From a virus (taxonomy: Duplodnaviria; Heunggongvirae; Uroviricota; Caudoviricetes): 34,456 bases of DNA. The position numbers were made by a program, and so were the translations under genes. The notes below the pieces were generated by a model that was not told where the DNA came from, searched no databases, and saw only the letters and a program-made list of their open reading frames with translations. Positions 17,267 through 29,048 of the stretch are shown in pieces. How positions within the stretch are numbered: position 1 is the stretch's first letter; each line of letters starts with the position of its first letter. The stretch lies in the IMG/VR virus record IMGVR_UViG_2609460219_000012. One strand, 5' to 3'.

Positions 17267-18180
17267 TTGTCACCCCGGCATCCATTAAAGCCCTGATGAC
17301 CTCCTGGCGTAAGGATTTTCAGGGCGGTCTTGAAGACGCCCCGTCGCAGTACAGCAAAATTGCAATGGTGGTGAACTCTTCCANCCGCAGTAATACCTAT
17401 GGCTGGCTGGGTAAATTCCCGACCCTGAAAGAATGGGTGGGTAAGCGAACCATTCAGCAAATGGAAGCGCATGGCTACTCCATCGCCAATAAAACGTTTG
17501 AAGGCACCGTGGGTATTTCCCGTGATGACTTCGAGGATGACAATCTGGGTATTTATGCGCCGATTTTTCAGGAGATGGGGCGTTCTGCGGCAGTTCAGCC
17601 GGATGAGCTGATTTTTAAACTTCTGAAAGATGGCTTTACCCAGCCCTGCTATGACGGTCAGAACTTCTTCGACAAGGAGCATCCGGTATATCCGAATGTG
17701 GACGGCACGGGCAGCGCGGTTAATACCTCCAACATCGTTGAGCAGGACAGCTTCAGCGGTCTGCCATTCTATCTGCTGGACTGCTCCCGCGCAGTCAAAC
17801 CGCTGATTTTCCAGGAGCGCCGCAAACCGGAGCTGGTCGCACGTACCCGTATCGATGACGACCACGTTTTTATGGATAACGAGTTCCTGTTTGGTGCCAG
17901 CGCCCGCCGAGCTGCCGGTTACGGCTTCTGGCAGATGGCTGTCGCGGTAAAAGGCGATCTGACGCTGGATAACCTCTGGAAGGGCTGGCAACTGATGCGA
18001 TCTTTTGAAGGTGATGGCGGTAAGAAGCTGGGCCTGAAGCCGACGCATATCGTTGTACCGGTCGGGCTGGAAAAAGCCGCAGAGCAACTGCTTAACCGTG
18101 AACTGTTCGCGGATGGCAATACCACCGTCTCCAACGAGATGAAGGGCAAGCTGCAACTGGTTGTCGCTGACTACCTGTAA
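17263..18180 (+). CDS. T: Major capsid protein T, 305 aa
   Basis: 305-aa ORF at the expected position and size for Mu T; followed by strong hairpin. Confidence 0.8.
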   Translation: MIVTPASIKALMTSWRKDFQGGLEDAPSQYSKIAMVVNSSXRSNTYGWLGKFPTLKEWVGKRTIQQMEAHGYSIANKTFEGTVGISRDDFEDDNLGIYAPIFQEMGRSAAVQPDELIFKLLKDGFTQPCYDGQNFFDKEHPVYPNVDGTGSAVNTSNIVEQDSFSGLPFYLLDCSRAVKPLIFQERRKPELVARTRIDDDHVFMDNEFLFGASARRAAGYGFWQMAVAVKGDLTLDNLWKGWQLMRSFEGDGGKKLGLKPTHIVVPVGLEKAAEQLLNRELFADGNTTVSNEMKGKLQLVVADYL

Positions 18181-18188
18181 CCGTCATT

Positions 18189-18212
18189 AAAAGGCGGTTC
18201 AGACCGCCTTTT
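18189..18212 (+). terminator. Hairpin AAAAGGCGGT-tcag-ACCGCCTTTT after major capsid gene
   Basis: 10-bp perfect stem read directly, 9 bp after T stop; T4 tract. Confidence 0.55.
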
Positions 18213-18246
18213 AACCTGATTTAAAGGAAAAGGAGGAGCATGTGTT

Positions 18247-18657
18247 ATGTCAGGCACTTCGCTTAATTCACAACGGCTGGACACTTCTCGCATCACTTGC
18301 ACGGCGATTATTAAATGCCTTCGTCCGGTCTACCGCCGCGCCGGAATCGCCTTTACTCGTGGCGAAAACACCGTGGAAGTCACCGAAGAACAACTGGCGA
18401 TCATTCGTGCCGACAGCGTGCTGTCTGTGGTATCTGCATCGTCAGCAGAAACGCTCGCTGAGGCTGGGGGGCTGGACGTTCTGGGTGTGGGCGATCTGAA
18501 TACCCGTATCCGTGCGACCGTTGCCGGTCTGGATAAGGCAAACCCGGAACACTTTACCGCAGGGGGAGAACCCAAAGTGAAAGCCGTCAGTGCGGCGCTG
18601 GGGGAACCGGTGAGCAGTGCGCAAATCAAAGCGGCGCTGGCTGAGGCGGATGCATGA
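18247..18657 (+). CDS. Hypothetical virion-associated protein (Mu gp35-like), 136 aa
   Basis: ATG 18247 with RBS AGGAGGAG 8 nt upstream; position after T. Confidence 0.5.
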   Translation: MSGTSLNSQRLDTSRITCTAIIKCLRPVYRRAGIAFTRGENTVEVTEEQLAIIRADSVLSVVSASSAETLAEAGGLDVLGVGDLNTRIRATVAGLDKANPEHFTAGGEPKVKAVSAALGEPVSSAQIKAALAEADA

Positions 18658-19079
18658 ATTACGCGACGGTAAATGACCTGTGCGCCCGCTATACACGTAC
18701 GCGGCTGGATATTCTCACCCGCCCTAAAACAGCGGACGGGCAGCCGGATGATGCCGTGGCAGAACAGGCACTGGCAGATGCCTCGGCCTTTATTGATGGC
18801 TATCTCGCCGCGCGCTTTGTTCTGCCGCTTACCGTCGTCCCCTCACTGCTGAAACGGCAGTGTTGCGTGGTGGCCTGGTTTTATCTGAATGAATCACAAC
18901 CCACCGAGCAGATCACCGCTGNCTACAGGGACACAGTGCGCTGGCTGGAACAGGTGCGCGATGGCAAAACAGATCCCGGCGTGGAAAGCAGGACGGCAGC
19001 CTCGCCGGATGGTGAAAACCTTGTGCAGGTGCAGTCTGACGCGCCGGTCTTCTCACGAAAACAGAAGGGGTTTATCTGA
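18654..19079 (+). CDS. Head-tail connector/head completion-like protein, 141 aa
   Basis: ORF with overlapping stop/start; synteny with Mu gp36 region. Confidence 0.5.
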   Translation: MNYATVNDLCARYTRTRLDILTRPKTADGQPDDAVAEQALADASAFIDGYLAARFVLPLTVVPSLLKRQCCVVAWFYLNESQPTEQITAXYRDTVRWLEQVRDGKTDPGVESRTAASPDGENLVQVQSDAPVFSRKQKGFI

Positions 19080-19627
19080 TGCTGGAAGAAACCGAAGCCG
19101 CACTGCTGGCGCGCGTTCGTGAGTTGTTTGGGGCAACCCTGCGGCAGGTGGAACCCCTTACCGGCACATGGACTAACGAGGATGTGCACCGTCTCTTTCT
19201 GGCCCCGCCATCGGTATTTCTGGCATGGATGGGCTGTGGTGAGGGGCGTACGCGTCGGGAAGTTGAAAGTCGCTGGGCATTTTTTGTCGTGGCGGAGTTG
19301 CTGAACGGGGAACAGGTAAACCGGCCCGGTATTTATCAGATTGTGGAGCGACTGATTGCCGGTGTTAACGGTCAGACGTTTGGCCCGACCACCGGGATGA
19401 GACTGACGCAGGTCAGAAATCTTTGTGACGACAACCGTATCAATGCCGGTGTGGTGCTTTACGGCGTTCTGTTCAGTGGCACTACCCCGCTGCCGTCCGT
19501 GGTGGACATGGATTCGCTGGATGATTACGAGCGTCACTGGCAGACCTGGAAATTCCCGGACGAAACCCCGGAATTTGCCGCACATATCAATGTGAATCAG
19601 GAAAAGGCTCATGATGCTGAAAATTAA
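19079..19627 (+). CDS. Tail completion/head-tail joining-like protein, 182 aa
   Basis: ORF; synteny with Mu gp37 region. Confidence 0.5.
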   Translation: MLEETEAALLARVRELFGATLRQVEPLTGTWTNEDVHRLFLAPPSVFLAWMGCGEGRTRREVESRWAFFVVAELLNGEQVNRPGIYQIVERLIAGVNGQTFGPTTGMRLTQVRNLCDDNRINAGVVLYGVLFSGTTPLPSVVDMDSLDDYERHWQTWKFPDETPEFAAHINVNQEKAHDAEN

Positions 19628-19817
19628 ACCCGCAGCGGGAAAAGCCATCCGTGACCCGCTCACGATGAAATTACTGGCTCCGGAGGGAGAAGAAAAGCCC
19701 CGTAACAGTTTCTGGATACGTCGCCTTGCAGCCGGTGATGTGGTTGAAGTCGGGAGCACCGAAAACACGGCGGATGATACCGACGCTGCGCCGAAAAAAC
19801 GGAGTAAATCGAAATGA
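19611..19817 (+). CDS. Small hypothetical protein, 68 aa
   Basis: ORF directly upstream of sheath gene. Confidence 0.45.
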
Positions 19818-21301
19818 GCGATATTTCATTTAACGCGATCCCGTCAGATGTTCGCGTTCCTCTGACGTATATCGAATTTGATAACAGTAATGCCGTCAGC
19901 GGAACACCGGCACCCCGTCAGCGCGTGCTGATGTTCGGGCAAAGCGGAAGTAAAGCCAGTGCGGCACCAAACGTGCCTGTCCGTATCCGCTCCGGCTCAC
20001 AGGCCAGTGCGGCATTTGGTCAGGGTTCCATGCTGGCACTGATGGCTGATGCATTCCTGAACGCTAACCGCGTGGCGGAGCTGTGGTGTATTCCGCAGGG
20101 AAACGGCACCGGTAATGCTGCTGTCGGTGAAATCTCACTGTCCGGAACGGCAGGCGAAAACGGCTCGCTTGTGACTTACATAGCCGGTCAGCGACTGGCG
20201 GTATCTGTCGCAGCAGGTGCAACGGGAGCGGCGCTGGCTGACCTGCTGGTTGCCCGAATCAAAGGCCAGCCGGATTTACCGGTGACGGCAGAAGTTCGCG
20301 CAGACAGCGGAGATGATGACACTCATGCTGATGTGGTTCTGAGTGCAAAATTTACGGGTGCATTATCTGCCGTGGACGTGCGCTGGAACTATTACGCGGG
20401 TGAAACCACCCCTTACGGGATTATCACGGCATTCAAAGCCGCCTCCGGGAAAAATGGCAACCCGGATATCAGCGCAAGTATCGCGGGAATGGGCGATCTG
20501 CAATACAAATATATTGTGATGCCCTATACCGATGAACCGAACCTGAATCTGTTACGCACTGAATTGCAGGAACGTTGGGGACCGGTCAATCAGGCTGATG
20601 GTTTTGCCGTGACAGTGCTGTCCGGCACGTATNGGGATATTTCCACGTTTGGTGTCAGTCGTAATGACCATCTGATCTCCTGTATGGGGATTGCCGGTGC
20701 ACCGGAACCGTCATATCTGTACGCCGCCACACTGTGTGCCGTTGCCAGCCAGGCGCTTTCCATCGACCCGGCTCGTCCTCTCCAGACGCTGACCTTGCCC
20801 GGAAGAATGCCGCCTGCGGTGGGGGATCGTTTCACCTGGTCTGAACGTAATGCGCTGCTGTTTGACGGCATCTCCACGTTTAACGTGAATGATGGTGGTG
20901 AAATGCAGATTGAACGCATGATCACGATGTACCGCACAAACAAGTACGGTGACAGTGATCCGTCTTATCTGAACGTGAATACCATCGCCACGCTGAGTTA
21001 TCTGCGTTATTCGCTGCGAACCCGCATCACGCAGAAATTCCCGAACTACAAGCTGGCAAGTGATGGCACCCGCTTTGCCACCGGTCAGGCCGTGGTGACG
21101 CCATCCGTGATCNAAACGGAGCTGCTGGCACTGTTTGAAGAATGGGAAAACGCCGGACTGGTCGAGGATTTCGACACGTTCAAAGAGGAGCTGTATGTGG
21201 CACGTAACAAGGACGACAAAGACCGTCTTGATGTGCTGTGCGGCCCGAATCTGATTAACCAGTTCCGCATTTTCGCGGCACAAGTTCAGTTCATTCTGTA
21301 A
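19814..21301 (+). CDS. L: Contractile tail sheath protein, 495 aa
   Basis: Size and position match Mu L; followed by small tube gene. Confidence 0.85.
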
Positions 21302-21310
21302 GGAGCATTT

Positions 21311-21667
21311 ATGGCTGGAAATCAGCGTCAGGGGGTGGCGTTCATCCGTGTCAATGGCATGGAGCTTGAAACGATGGAAGGTGCCTCCTTCACACCTTCC
21401 GGCATCACCCGTGAAGAAGTGACCGGCTCGCGGGTTTATGGCTGGAAAGGTAAACCACGTGCCGCAAAGCTGGAATGCAAAATTCCGGGCGGTGGTGATA
21501 TCGGTCTGGATGAAATCATCGGCTGGGAAAACATCACGGCAGAGTTTCAGGCAGACACCGGTGAAACCTGGATGATGGCGAATGCCTGGCAGGCAGATGA
21601 ACCGAAAAACGACGGCGGCGAAATTTCGCTGGTACTGATGGCAAAACAAAGCAAACGCATTGCATAA
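21311..21667 (+). CDS. M: Tail tube protein, 118 aa
   Basis: 118-aa ORF after sheath; RBS aaggag upstream. Confidence 0.75.
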   Translation: MAGNQRQGVAFIRVNGMELETMEGASFTPSGITREEVTGSRVYGWKGKPRAAKLECKIPGGGDIGLDEIIGWENITAEFQADTGETWMMANAWQADEPKNDGGEISLVLMAKQSKRIA

Positions 21668-21676
21668 GGGGAAACA

Positions 21677-22111
21677 ATGGACGAAATGAATTTAGGTCCT
21701 GAAGCACAGGAACTGCATGACAGCATTGTGGCAGAAATTCAGTCCGGCGTGCTGAAACTGAAAGACGGCCTGCCGTTCGGCACCGGTGACGAGACTGAAA
21801 TGCAGTATGACGTGACACTGCGTGAACTGACCGCAGGCGATATGATTGATGCACAGGCGGCTGCTGAAAAGCTGGTAATGAGCAAGGAAGGTCCGGTGCT
21901 GGTCAGTTCCCCGTCCCGGATGGGACTGGAAATGCTGCGCCGACAGATTGCCAGCGTGGGCTGCATCAAAGGCCCGTTGTCGATGGCGCTGATTCGTAAA
22001 CTGTCCGTCGATGACTTCCAGCGTCTGTCGCTGGCCACAGAAATGTACGACATGGCTGTGGCAGCATCACTGACACAAGAACGGGGGCGAGTGGCTGCGG
22101 TGCCGGAATGA
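21677..22111 (+). CDS. Tail assembly chaperone-like protein, 144 aa
   Basis: Position between tube and tape measure; acidic protein. Confidence 0.5.
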   Translation: MDEMNLGPEAQELHDSIVAEIQSGVLKLKDGLPFGTGDETEMQYDVTLRELTAGDMIDAQAAAEKLVMSKEGPVLVSSPSRMGLEMLRRQIASVGCIKGPLSMALIRKLSVDDFQRLSLATEMYDMAVAASLTQERGRVAAVPE

Positions 22112-22255
22112 TATTGAGAAAGCGGCGACAGCGATTGGCGTTATTCTGAAAAGTGGCCCGGAATGGGCCTTATCCCTTCCGCTGTCCCGCTTTTTCCGGC
22201 ACTGCCAGCAGGCTAAAACCCTCTCTCAATATCACCGTTAAATCAGGAAATCTCT

Positions 22256-24327
22256 ATGACCGGGAAACGCTTAAAGGCGTCTGTCATTATTGATCTTAAT
22301 GGCAATCTTTCCCGGCGTTCCCGCCAGTATTCGAACCAGATAAACGCCCTGTCCCGTAGCGGGCAAAGTTCCCTTCGTGCCCTGCGTATGGAGGTTGTGC
22401 GCGTTTCTGGTGCCATTGACAGAATGGGTTCTCTGTCAACCCGTACATTCCGAATGCTGTCAGCCGGGGCGCTGGGTATTGCTGGCGTGGGTTACACCGC
22501 CAATAAACTGTTTATTGGTGCAGCCGCCCAGCGTGAGCAACAGATTATCGCCATGAACTCGCTGTATCACGGCGATAAGGTCAGAGCGCAGGCCATGATG
22601 GCCTGGGCAAAGCAGAACGCGAAGGACACCACGTGGGGGCTGAGTGGTGTTCTGGATGAGATCCGTTCGTCGAAAGGCTTCGGCATGACGGATGAACAGA
22701 CGAAACAGTTCATCACCATGTTGCAGGATCAGGGGGCCATGCACGGCTGGGATTTACCCACTGCACAGGGTGCCTCACTGCAACTGAAACAGATGTTTGC
22801 CCGCCAGCAAATCACAGCGGCGGATGCCAACCTGCTGACCGGTTACGGTATTAACGTTTACCAGACGCTGGCGGATGCACTGGGTAAAGACGTTAAGGAT
22901 ATCCGCAAACAAGGTGAAAAAGGCAAGCTGGGCCTGAAATCCATTCTGACGGTATTCAGAACGCTGTCAGAACAGTCAAAAGGTGCACAGGCCAGTGCGA
23001 TGAACTCCTGGGACGGGATGTTCGCCCAGATGGAAGCTAACCTGCTTGAATTTCGCATAAAGGTGGCAAACAGCGGCCCCTTTGAAGAAATCAAGAACGA
23101 GATGCGCCGGGTGCTTAACTGGCACGACATGGCGGATAAATCCGGGGAACTTGACGCACTGGCAGAAAACATTGGTCAGAAATTTCTGACCACGTTCAGA
23201 ACGGTAAAAATCGCGGCGCAGGAATTATGGCGCTGGCTGAAACCGGGTAAAGATGCGCTGGCATGGGTTGACCAGAATATTGTCAGCCTGAAAAAACTGG
23301 CTGCTGTTCTGGTGTCTGTCTGGCTTGCCAATAAAGCCCTGAGAGCAGGCTGGGCCGTGGCAAAACCCTCATGGCAGGTTGCCAGTTATCCGTTTAAAAC
23401 CGGGCGTCGTATGTGGCGCTGGATGCGAAACCGCAAACGTGGGCAGCAGGTCTGCCGGTCCCGGATGCCATGACGTCTGAGACGCTGTTGCAGGGTATCG
23501 GCATTCAGCGTGTGTTTGTCATCAACTGGCCCCGTGGATTTGGTGGCTACGGGAGTGGCGGCGGTCGTCGCGGACGGAGCGGCGGAAGAATGGCCCCGCT
23601 GTTACCCCGCCAGCCGTTATTGCTGTCCGGGCCACAGCCGCTGGCATTACCTGCACCACGCCCTGTACTGACATTACCCCCACCCGGCGTACCGGTAACA
23701 GCACGGCCTGCACCATTACCTTTATCCGGTAAATCCGGTCTTCTGAGCAGGCTTGCAGGCAGTGCTGCCGGGCAACTGGTTACAGGAACGGTCGGAAAGC
23801 TGGCTGATGCCGGGCGTGCTGTTGGCGGGTGGTTTTCCGGTATCGGAAACAAACTTGCAGGCAGTGCGATCGGTCGGGTTGTGACAAAAGGTGCCGGGGC
23901 GCTGGGCTGGATGGGGAAAGGTGCCGGTCGTGCGTTGTCACGTCTGGGTGGCCCGGTAATGGGGGCACTCCAGCTTGCCCCCGTCCTGATGGATGAGCAG
24001 GCGTCAACCCATGAAAAAGCAGGCGCAATTGGCAGTACAGCCGGTGCATGGCTCGGCGGTGNCGTTGGCAGCCTTGCCGGACCGCTGGGTACGGTTGCCG
24101 GTGCCACGCTGGGCAGTGTCGCCGGGGAGTATCTGGGCGGTTTTGTAACCGACCTGTATCAGAAATGGACGGCCACGGATAAGGAACCGCAGGAACAAAA
24201 AGTCAATGCGGAAGCCTCGTTGCGCGTCGAACTCGGCGAGGGGTTACGTCTGACCAGTTCCCGCGTCACCGAGGATGGTATGGGGCTGAATATTTACGCG
24301 GGAGATAACTACATTACAGGCTGGTAA
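22256..24327 (+). CDS. Y: Tail tape measure protein; frame interrupted near 23413-23473
   Basis: ORFs 22256..23473 and 23413..24327 overlap by 60 bp; Gly/Ala-rich repeats in C-terminal half; combined ~690 aa. Confidence 0.75.
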
Positions 24328-24331
24328 AACC

Positions 24332-25819
24332 ATGTTTGAAGATGCTTTAAATGCCGTTAATGCTGTCCGGGATAAAATCAGCGGTGGTAAGAAAACAACC
24401 GGCAAAGGCACGTTCCGTAACGTGCCGTTTCTCGTCATCGAGGAGCAAAAACAGGCTGGCGGACGTCGCCTGGTTAAACGCGAGTACCCGTTACGTGATA
24501 CCGGCGGCGTCAATGACCTGGGGAAAAAGCTTCGCTCCCGTACATTCAGCGCCTGCATTCTGAACAGCAACGCAGAAACAGCCAGAGATGAAGCGGGTGC
24601 GCTGATGGATGCTCTTGATGCTCCGGGTAGCGGTGAACTGGTACATCCTGATTTCGGCACTGTGGACGTCATGGTGGATTCATGGGAATGTCGCACTAAA
24701 GCGGATGAACTGAATTATTACGCGTTCACCGTTACCGTTTATCCGTCGTTGCAGGATACTGCCCCGGACGCAGAGACAGACACCAGTGCAGCCGTACCGG
24801 CACAGGCCGTTGCTGTAACCGGTTCTCTGGGAGATACGCTGTCCTCTGTCTGGCAGACCGTAAAAGATGGCACTGCGGCGGCAACCGNCGTGATGGAAGC
24901 TGTAACCGGTGTCATCGATGATATCAGTGATGCGGTGGACAATCTGGGGGTTACGCAGACTGTCAGCGGTCTGATGGGATCGCTTTCTGCGATGAAAGGC
25001 TCTGTGACCAGCCTGATTAACCAGCCTGCCATGCTGGCCTCATCGCTGATGGGGGCGCTGTCCGGCGTTTCATCGTTATGCGATACCCGGACAGCATTTT
25101 CCACATGGAACCGTCTGGCGCAGCGATTCGAACGTCGCCATGCCGCCACTGCAGGCAGACAGGGAACAATCACAACCTCGTACAACAGTCCGGTTGCAGA
25201 AAAAAATATTGCCACACTGAACTACGTCATGCTGGCAGCGGCGCAGACATACCGGGCAGAAGCTGCCAGCCAGGCACTGACTGCGGCACTGGATTTCAGT
25301 CGCCGGATGGATAATGCCGCCCGTGCACCTGTACTGGATGCCCCGTCCACCGCAACCGGCACAGCCAGCGGGGCCAGCAGCACATCTGCTACCGTCACAC
25401 AGGGACAGTTACAGTTAACTGCCATAACCCCGGACGGCGGCTTTTCACAGGTATCCTTTTCAGACAGTGGTACAGCCACGCCCCCGGTATTTGAAAGTGT
25501 GTCCGATATCGGAAAAACAGCCGCCATGCTGGGGGCTGCACTGGATACCGTCATTCTGACGGCATCTGAGCAGGGCTTTTCGACAGACAGCGTTCAGCTT
25601 ACGCAACTGCGTCTGCTGGTTGTTGCCGACCTGGAAAAACGCGGGCTGCAACTGGCGGGCAGTGAAATGCACCGCCTGCCGGAGACGATGCCTGCAATGG
25701 TGGCCCTGTACCGTTACACAGGAAACAGCCGGAACTGGCAACGGCTGGCCCGCAGGAACGGTATCAGCAACCCGTTGTTTGTTCCCGGTGGTGTCAGTAT
25801 TGAGGTGATTAATGAGTAA
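24332..25819 (+). CDS. N: DNA circularisation protein N, 495 aa
   Basis: Synteny after tape measure; size as Mu N. Confidence 0.7.
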   Translation: MFEDALNAVNAVRDKISGGKKTTGKGTFRNVPFLVIEEQKQAGGRRLVKREYPLRDTGGVNDLGKKLRSRTFSACILNSNAETARDEAGALMDALDAPGSGELVHPDFGTVDVMVDSWECRTKADELNYYAFTVTVYPSLQDTAPDAETDTSAAVPAQAVAVTGSLGDTLSSVWQTVKDGTAAATXVMEAVTGVIDDISDAVDNLGVTQTVSGLMGSLSAMKGSVTSLINQPAMLASSLMGALSGVSSLCDTRTAFSTWNRLAQRFERRHAATAGRQGTITTSYNSPVAEKNIATLNYVMLAAAQTYRAEAASQALTAALDFSRRMDNAARAPVLDAPSTATGTASGASSTSATVTQGQLQLTAITPDGGFSQVSFSDSGTATPPVFESVSDIGKTAAMLGAALDTVILTASEQGFSTDSVQLTQLRLLVVADLEKRGLQLAGSEMHRLPETMPAMVALYRYTGNSRNWQRLARRNGISNPLFVPGGVSIEVINE

Positions 25820-26951
25820 TACCGTCACGCTGCGAACGGATGGCAGGCTTTTTACCGGCTGGACGTCAGTCTCTGTCACCCGCTCCATTGAATCCGTAGC
25901 CGGATATTTTGAGCTGGGGGTGAATGTGCCACCGGGTACAGATTTATCCGGGCTGGCACCGGGGAAGGCGTTCACGCTGGAAATCGACGGGCAGATTGTC
26001 TGCACCGGTTATATCGATTCGCGGCGACGCCAGATGACCGCTGACAGCATGAAAATCACTATCGCCGGACGTGACAAAACGGCTGACCTGATTGACTGTG
26101 CTGCCGTTTACAGTGGCGGACAGTGGAAAAACCGCACACTGGAGCAGATTGCGCGTGACCTGAGCGCCCCTTATGGCGTTACCGTTCGCTGGGAGCTTTC
26201 CGATAAGGAAAGTTCGGCAGCTTTTCCCGGCTTCACGCTGGACCATTCAGAAACCGTTTATGAGGCGCTGGTGCGTGCCTCCCGCGCACGCGGTGTACTG
26301 ATGACCAGCAATGCCGCCGGAGAGCTGGTATTCAGCCGGGCTGCCAGCACAGCCACTGATGAGCTGGTTCTCGGAGAAAATCTGCTGACACTGGATTTTG
26401 AGGAAGACTTCCGCGACCGGTTCAGCGAATACACCGTCAAGGGGTATGCCCGCGCAAATGGTGCTGAGGGTGATGATATTGATGCGAAAAGTATCGTCTC
26501 CCGGAAAGGGACCGCCACTGACAGTGATGTGACCCGTTACAGACCGATGATCATCATTGCCGACAGCAAAATTACGGCGAAGGATGCACAGGCCCGCGCC
26601 CTGCGTGAGCAACGCCGCAGACTGGCAAAATCCATCACCTTTGAGGCTGAAATTGACGGATGGACTCGCAAGGACGGGCAACTCTGGATGCCGAACCTGC
26701 TGGTCACTATTGATGCCTCGAAATATGCCATCAAAACCACGGAATTACTGGTCAGCAAAGTCACCCTGATACTGAATGACCAGGACGGGCTGAAAACCCG
26801 CGTCAGCCTTGCACCACGCGAAGGCTTTCTGGTGCCGGTTGAAAGCGACCGTAAAAACAGGAAAGGCGGCGACAGTAACGGCGGTATTGATGCGCTGGTT
26901 GAAGATTATTATCGCAGACACCCGGAGAAAACGCCGCCGTGGAAAGAGTAA
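25812..26951 (+). CDS. P: Baseplate hub protein P, 379 aa
   Basis: Synteny and size as Mu P. Confidence 0.7.
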   Translation: MSNTVTLRTDGRLFTGWTSVSVTRSIESVAGYFELGVNVPPGTDLSGLAPGKAFTLEIDGQIVCTGYIDSRRRQMTADSMKITIAGRDKTADLIDCAAVYSGGQWKNRTLEQIARDLSAPYGVTVRWELSDKESSAAFPGFTLDHSETVYEALVRASRARGVLMTSNAAGELVFSRAASTATDELVLGENLLTLDFEEDFRDRFSEYTVKGYARANGAEGDDIDAKSIVSRKGTATDSDVTRYRPMIIIADSKITAKDAQARALREQRRRLAKSITFEAEIDGWTRKDGQLWMPNLLVTIDASKYAIKTTELLVSKVTLILNDQDGLKTRVSLAPREGFLVPVESDRKNRKGGDSNGGIDALVEDYYRRHPEKTPPWKE

Positions 26952-27532
26952 ATGATTCCGCCCTGAACCGCCTGCTGACGCCGCTGATGCGTCGTGTGCG
27001 CCTGATGCTTGCGCGCGCTGTTGTTAACGTGATTAACGACGGGCGAAAGGTTCAGAACCTGCAGGTCGGCCTGCTGGATGATGAGGAATCTGATGAAGTG
27101 GAGCGCCTGCAAAATTACGGGCATTTCAGCGTTNCCCTGCCGGGAGCAGAGGCGCTGATTGCCTGTGTGGGCGCACAACGTGATCAGGGGATTGCTGTTG
27201 TGGTGGAAGACCGCCGCTACCGCCCGACAAATCTTGAACCGGGTGATGCAGGCATTTACCACCACGAGGGGCATCGTATCAGGCTGACAAAGGACGGACG
27301 CTGCATCATTACCTGTAAAACGGTTGAGGTTTACGCTGATGAAAGTATGACCGTTGACACACCCAGAACCACGTTTACCGGCGACGTTGAGATCCAGAAA
27401 GGTCTGGGCGTTAAAGGTAAAAGCCAGTTCGACAGCAATATTACTGCCCCGGATGCCATCATCAATGGCAAATCGACGGATAAGCATATCCACCGTGGCG
27501 ACAGCGGCGGAACCACGGGGCCAATGCAATGA
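26939..27532 (+). CDS. Q: Baseplate spike/puncturing protein Q, 197 aa
   Basis: Synteny and size. Confidence 0.6.
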   Translation: MERVNDSALNRLLTPLMRRVRLMLARAVVNVINDGRKVQNLQVGLLDDEESDEVERLQNYGHFSVXLPGAEALIACVGAQRDQGIAVVVEDRRYRPTNLEPGDAGIYHHEGHRIRLTKDGRCIITCKTVEVYADESMTVDTPRTTFTGDVEIQKGLGVKGKSQFDSNITAPDAIINGKSTDKHIHRGDSGGTTGPMQ

Positions 27533-27906
27533 CCGATTTAGCCATTATCTGGACGAACGGACGCGGCGATATTGCACAGGATGGCATTGATATGCTGACC
27601 GACGACAGCCTGACAACCGATGTGACAATCTCCCTGTTTACCGACCGGCGCGCGCTGGATTCTGACACGCTGCCGGATGGTTCAGATGATCGCCGTGGAT
27701 GGTGGGGTGACAGTTACCGCGACCGCCCCATCGGTTCGCGGTTGTGGCTGTTATCACGTGAAAAAGCCACACCGGATACGCTGGAACGCGCCAGAGGGTA
27801 TGCCGAAGAGGCGCTGGAATGGCTGAAAACAGCGGGCCGGGTAAGTGCGATTAACGTCAGAGCGGAACAGTTACATCAGGCTGGTTATACCTCTACATTG
27901 CACTGA
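27529..27906 (+). CDS. V: Baseplate protein V, 125 aa
   Basis: Synteny and size. Confidence 0.6.
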   Translation: MTDLAIIWTNGRGDIAQDGIDMLTDDSLTTDVTISLFTDRRALDSDTLPDGSDDRRGWWGDSYRDRPIGSRLWLLSREKATPDTLERARGYAEEALEWLKTAGRVSAINVRAEQLHQAGYTSTLH

Positions 27907-27965
27907 CATTACCGGATGGTTCCGTTATTCCTTATGAGTTTAAAGCAGCATTTAACGGGGTTTAA

Positions 27966-29048
27966 ATGGCTTATTCACCACCGACATTATCATCGCTGAT
28001 TGCCCGTACAGAACAGAATATTGAACAGCGCCTGCCGGGTAGCTGGCCTCAGGCCCGTGAAAAAACGCTGAGTGCCATTGCTTATGCTCAGGCGGGCCTT
28101 GCTGCCGGTTGTCACGAGCATATTTCATGGGTTGGACGGCAGATTATCCCGTCGACAGCAGATGAAGATGAGTTGCTGGAGCACTGCCGGTTCTGGGGCG
28201 TGCGCCGCAAACAGGCAACAGCCGCCAGCGGCCCGCTGACTGTCACCACATCGGCAGCGACCACCATTCCTGCCGGTACACGCTGGCAGCGTGCTGATGG
28301 TGTGGTTTACAGCCTGGCTGATGCCATTGTGATTGACCGTGCAGGAACGACGGAAATTACCGTTACCGCACTGGCTGCCGGTGAGGCAGGAAATACCGGT
28401 GAGAATACCCTTTTAACGTTGATCACCCCGGTTGCCTGTGTTGTTTCCGATGCCATCACTGTAAAAGGGTTTTCCGGTGGAGCTGATATTGAGAGTGCAG
28501 CGGAGCTGCTGTCACGGCTGGAATATCGTGTCCAGTATCCTCCGTTCGGCGGTAATCAGTTTGATTACGTTCGCTGGGCACGTGAAGTCAGCGGCGTTAC
28601 CCGTGCCTGGTGTTTTCCGACATGGAAAGGTGGTGGCACAGTTGGGGTGACGTTTGTTATGGATAACCGGAGCAATATTTTTCCACAACCGGCAGATGTG
28701 GAACGCGTGGCGGATTATATCGCCGGTCATACTGACCCAATCACTGGTCTGATTGTCGGACAGCCTGACGGTGTAAATGTCACTGTATTTGCGCCAGAGG
28801 CAAAGCCGGTAAATCCACGGATTTATATATCACCGAAGACAGCCGAACTGAAACAGGCTATTACCCACGCCATTAATACCATGTTTTTTAATGAGGTGAC
28901 GCCGGGCGGCGCACTTGCCCCCTCCCGTATTATCCGTGCGGTGGCAGGTGTTACCGGTCTGGATGATTTTGAAGTGCGTTTCCCGACAGAGATCCAGCGT
29001 TCGGAGAATACGGAACTGTTAACACCGGGGACAATTGAATGGCTGTAA
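27966..29048 (+). CDS. W: Baseplate wedge (J-like) protein W, 360 aa
   Basis: Synteny and size. Confidence 0.7.
   Translation: MAYSPPTLSSLIARTEQNIEQRLPGSWPQAREKTLSAIAYAQAGLAAGCHEHISWVGRQIIPSTADEDELLEHCRFWGVRRKQATAASGPLTVTTSAATTIPAGTRWQRADGVVYSLADAIVIDRAGTTEITVTALAAGEAGNTGENTLLTLITPVACVVSDAITVKGFSGGADIESAAELLSRLEYRVQYPPFGGNQFDYVRWAREVSGVTRAWCFPTWKGGGTVGVTFVMDNRSNIFPQPADVERVADYIAGHTDPITGLIVGQPDGVNVTVFAPEAKPVNPRIYISPKTAELKQAITHAINTMFFNEVTPGGALAPSRIIRAVAGVTGLDDFEVRFPTEIQRSENTELLTPGTIEWL

Noticed and set aside
17059-18156. 365-aa minus-strand ORF antisense to the major capsid gene
   Set aside because: Lies entirely inside a confidently assigned + strand gene; translation is low-complexity and has no RBS context. 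Long antisense open frames are common in GC-rich coding DNA.
18923-19768. 281-aa minus-strand ORF antisense to head-tail joining genes
   Set aside because: Antisense to confidently placed + strand genes; no supporting signals.
20711-21649. 312-aa minus-strand ORF antisense to sheath and tube genes
   Set aside because: Spurious antisense frame within well-supported structural genes.
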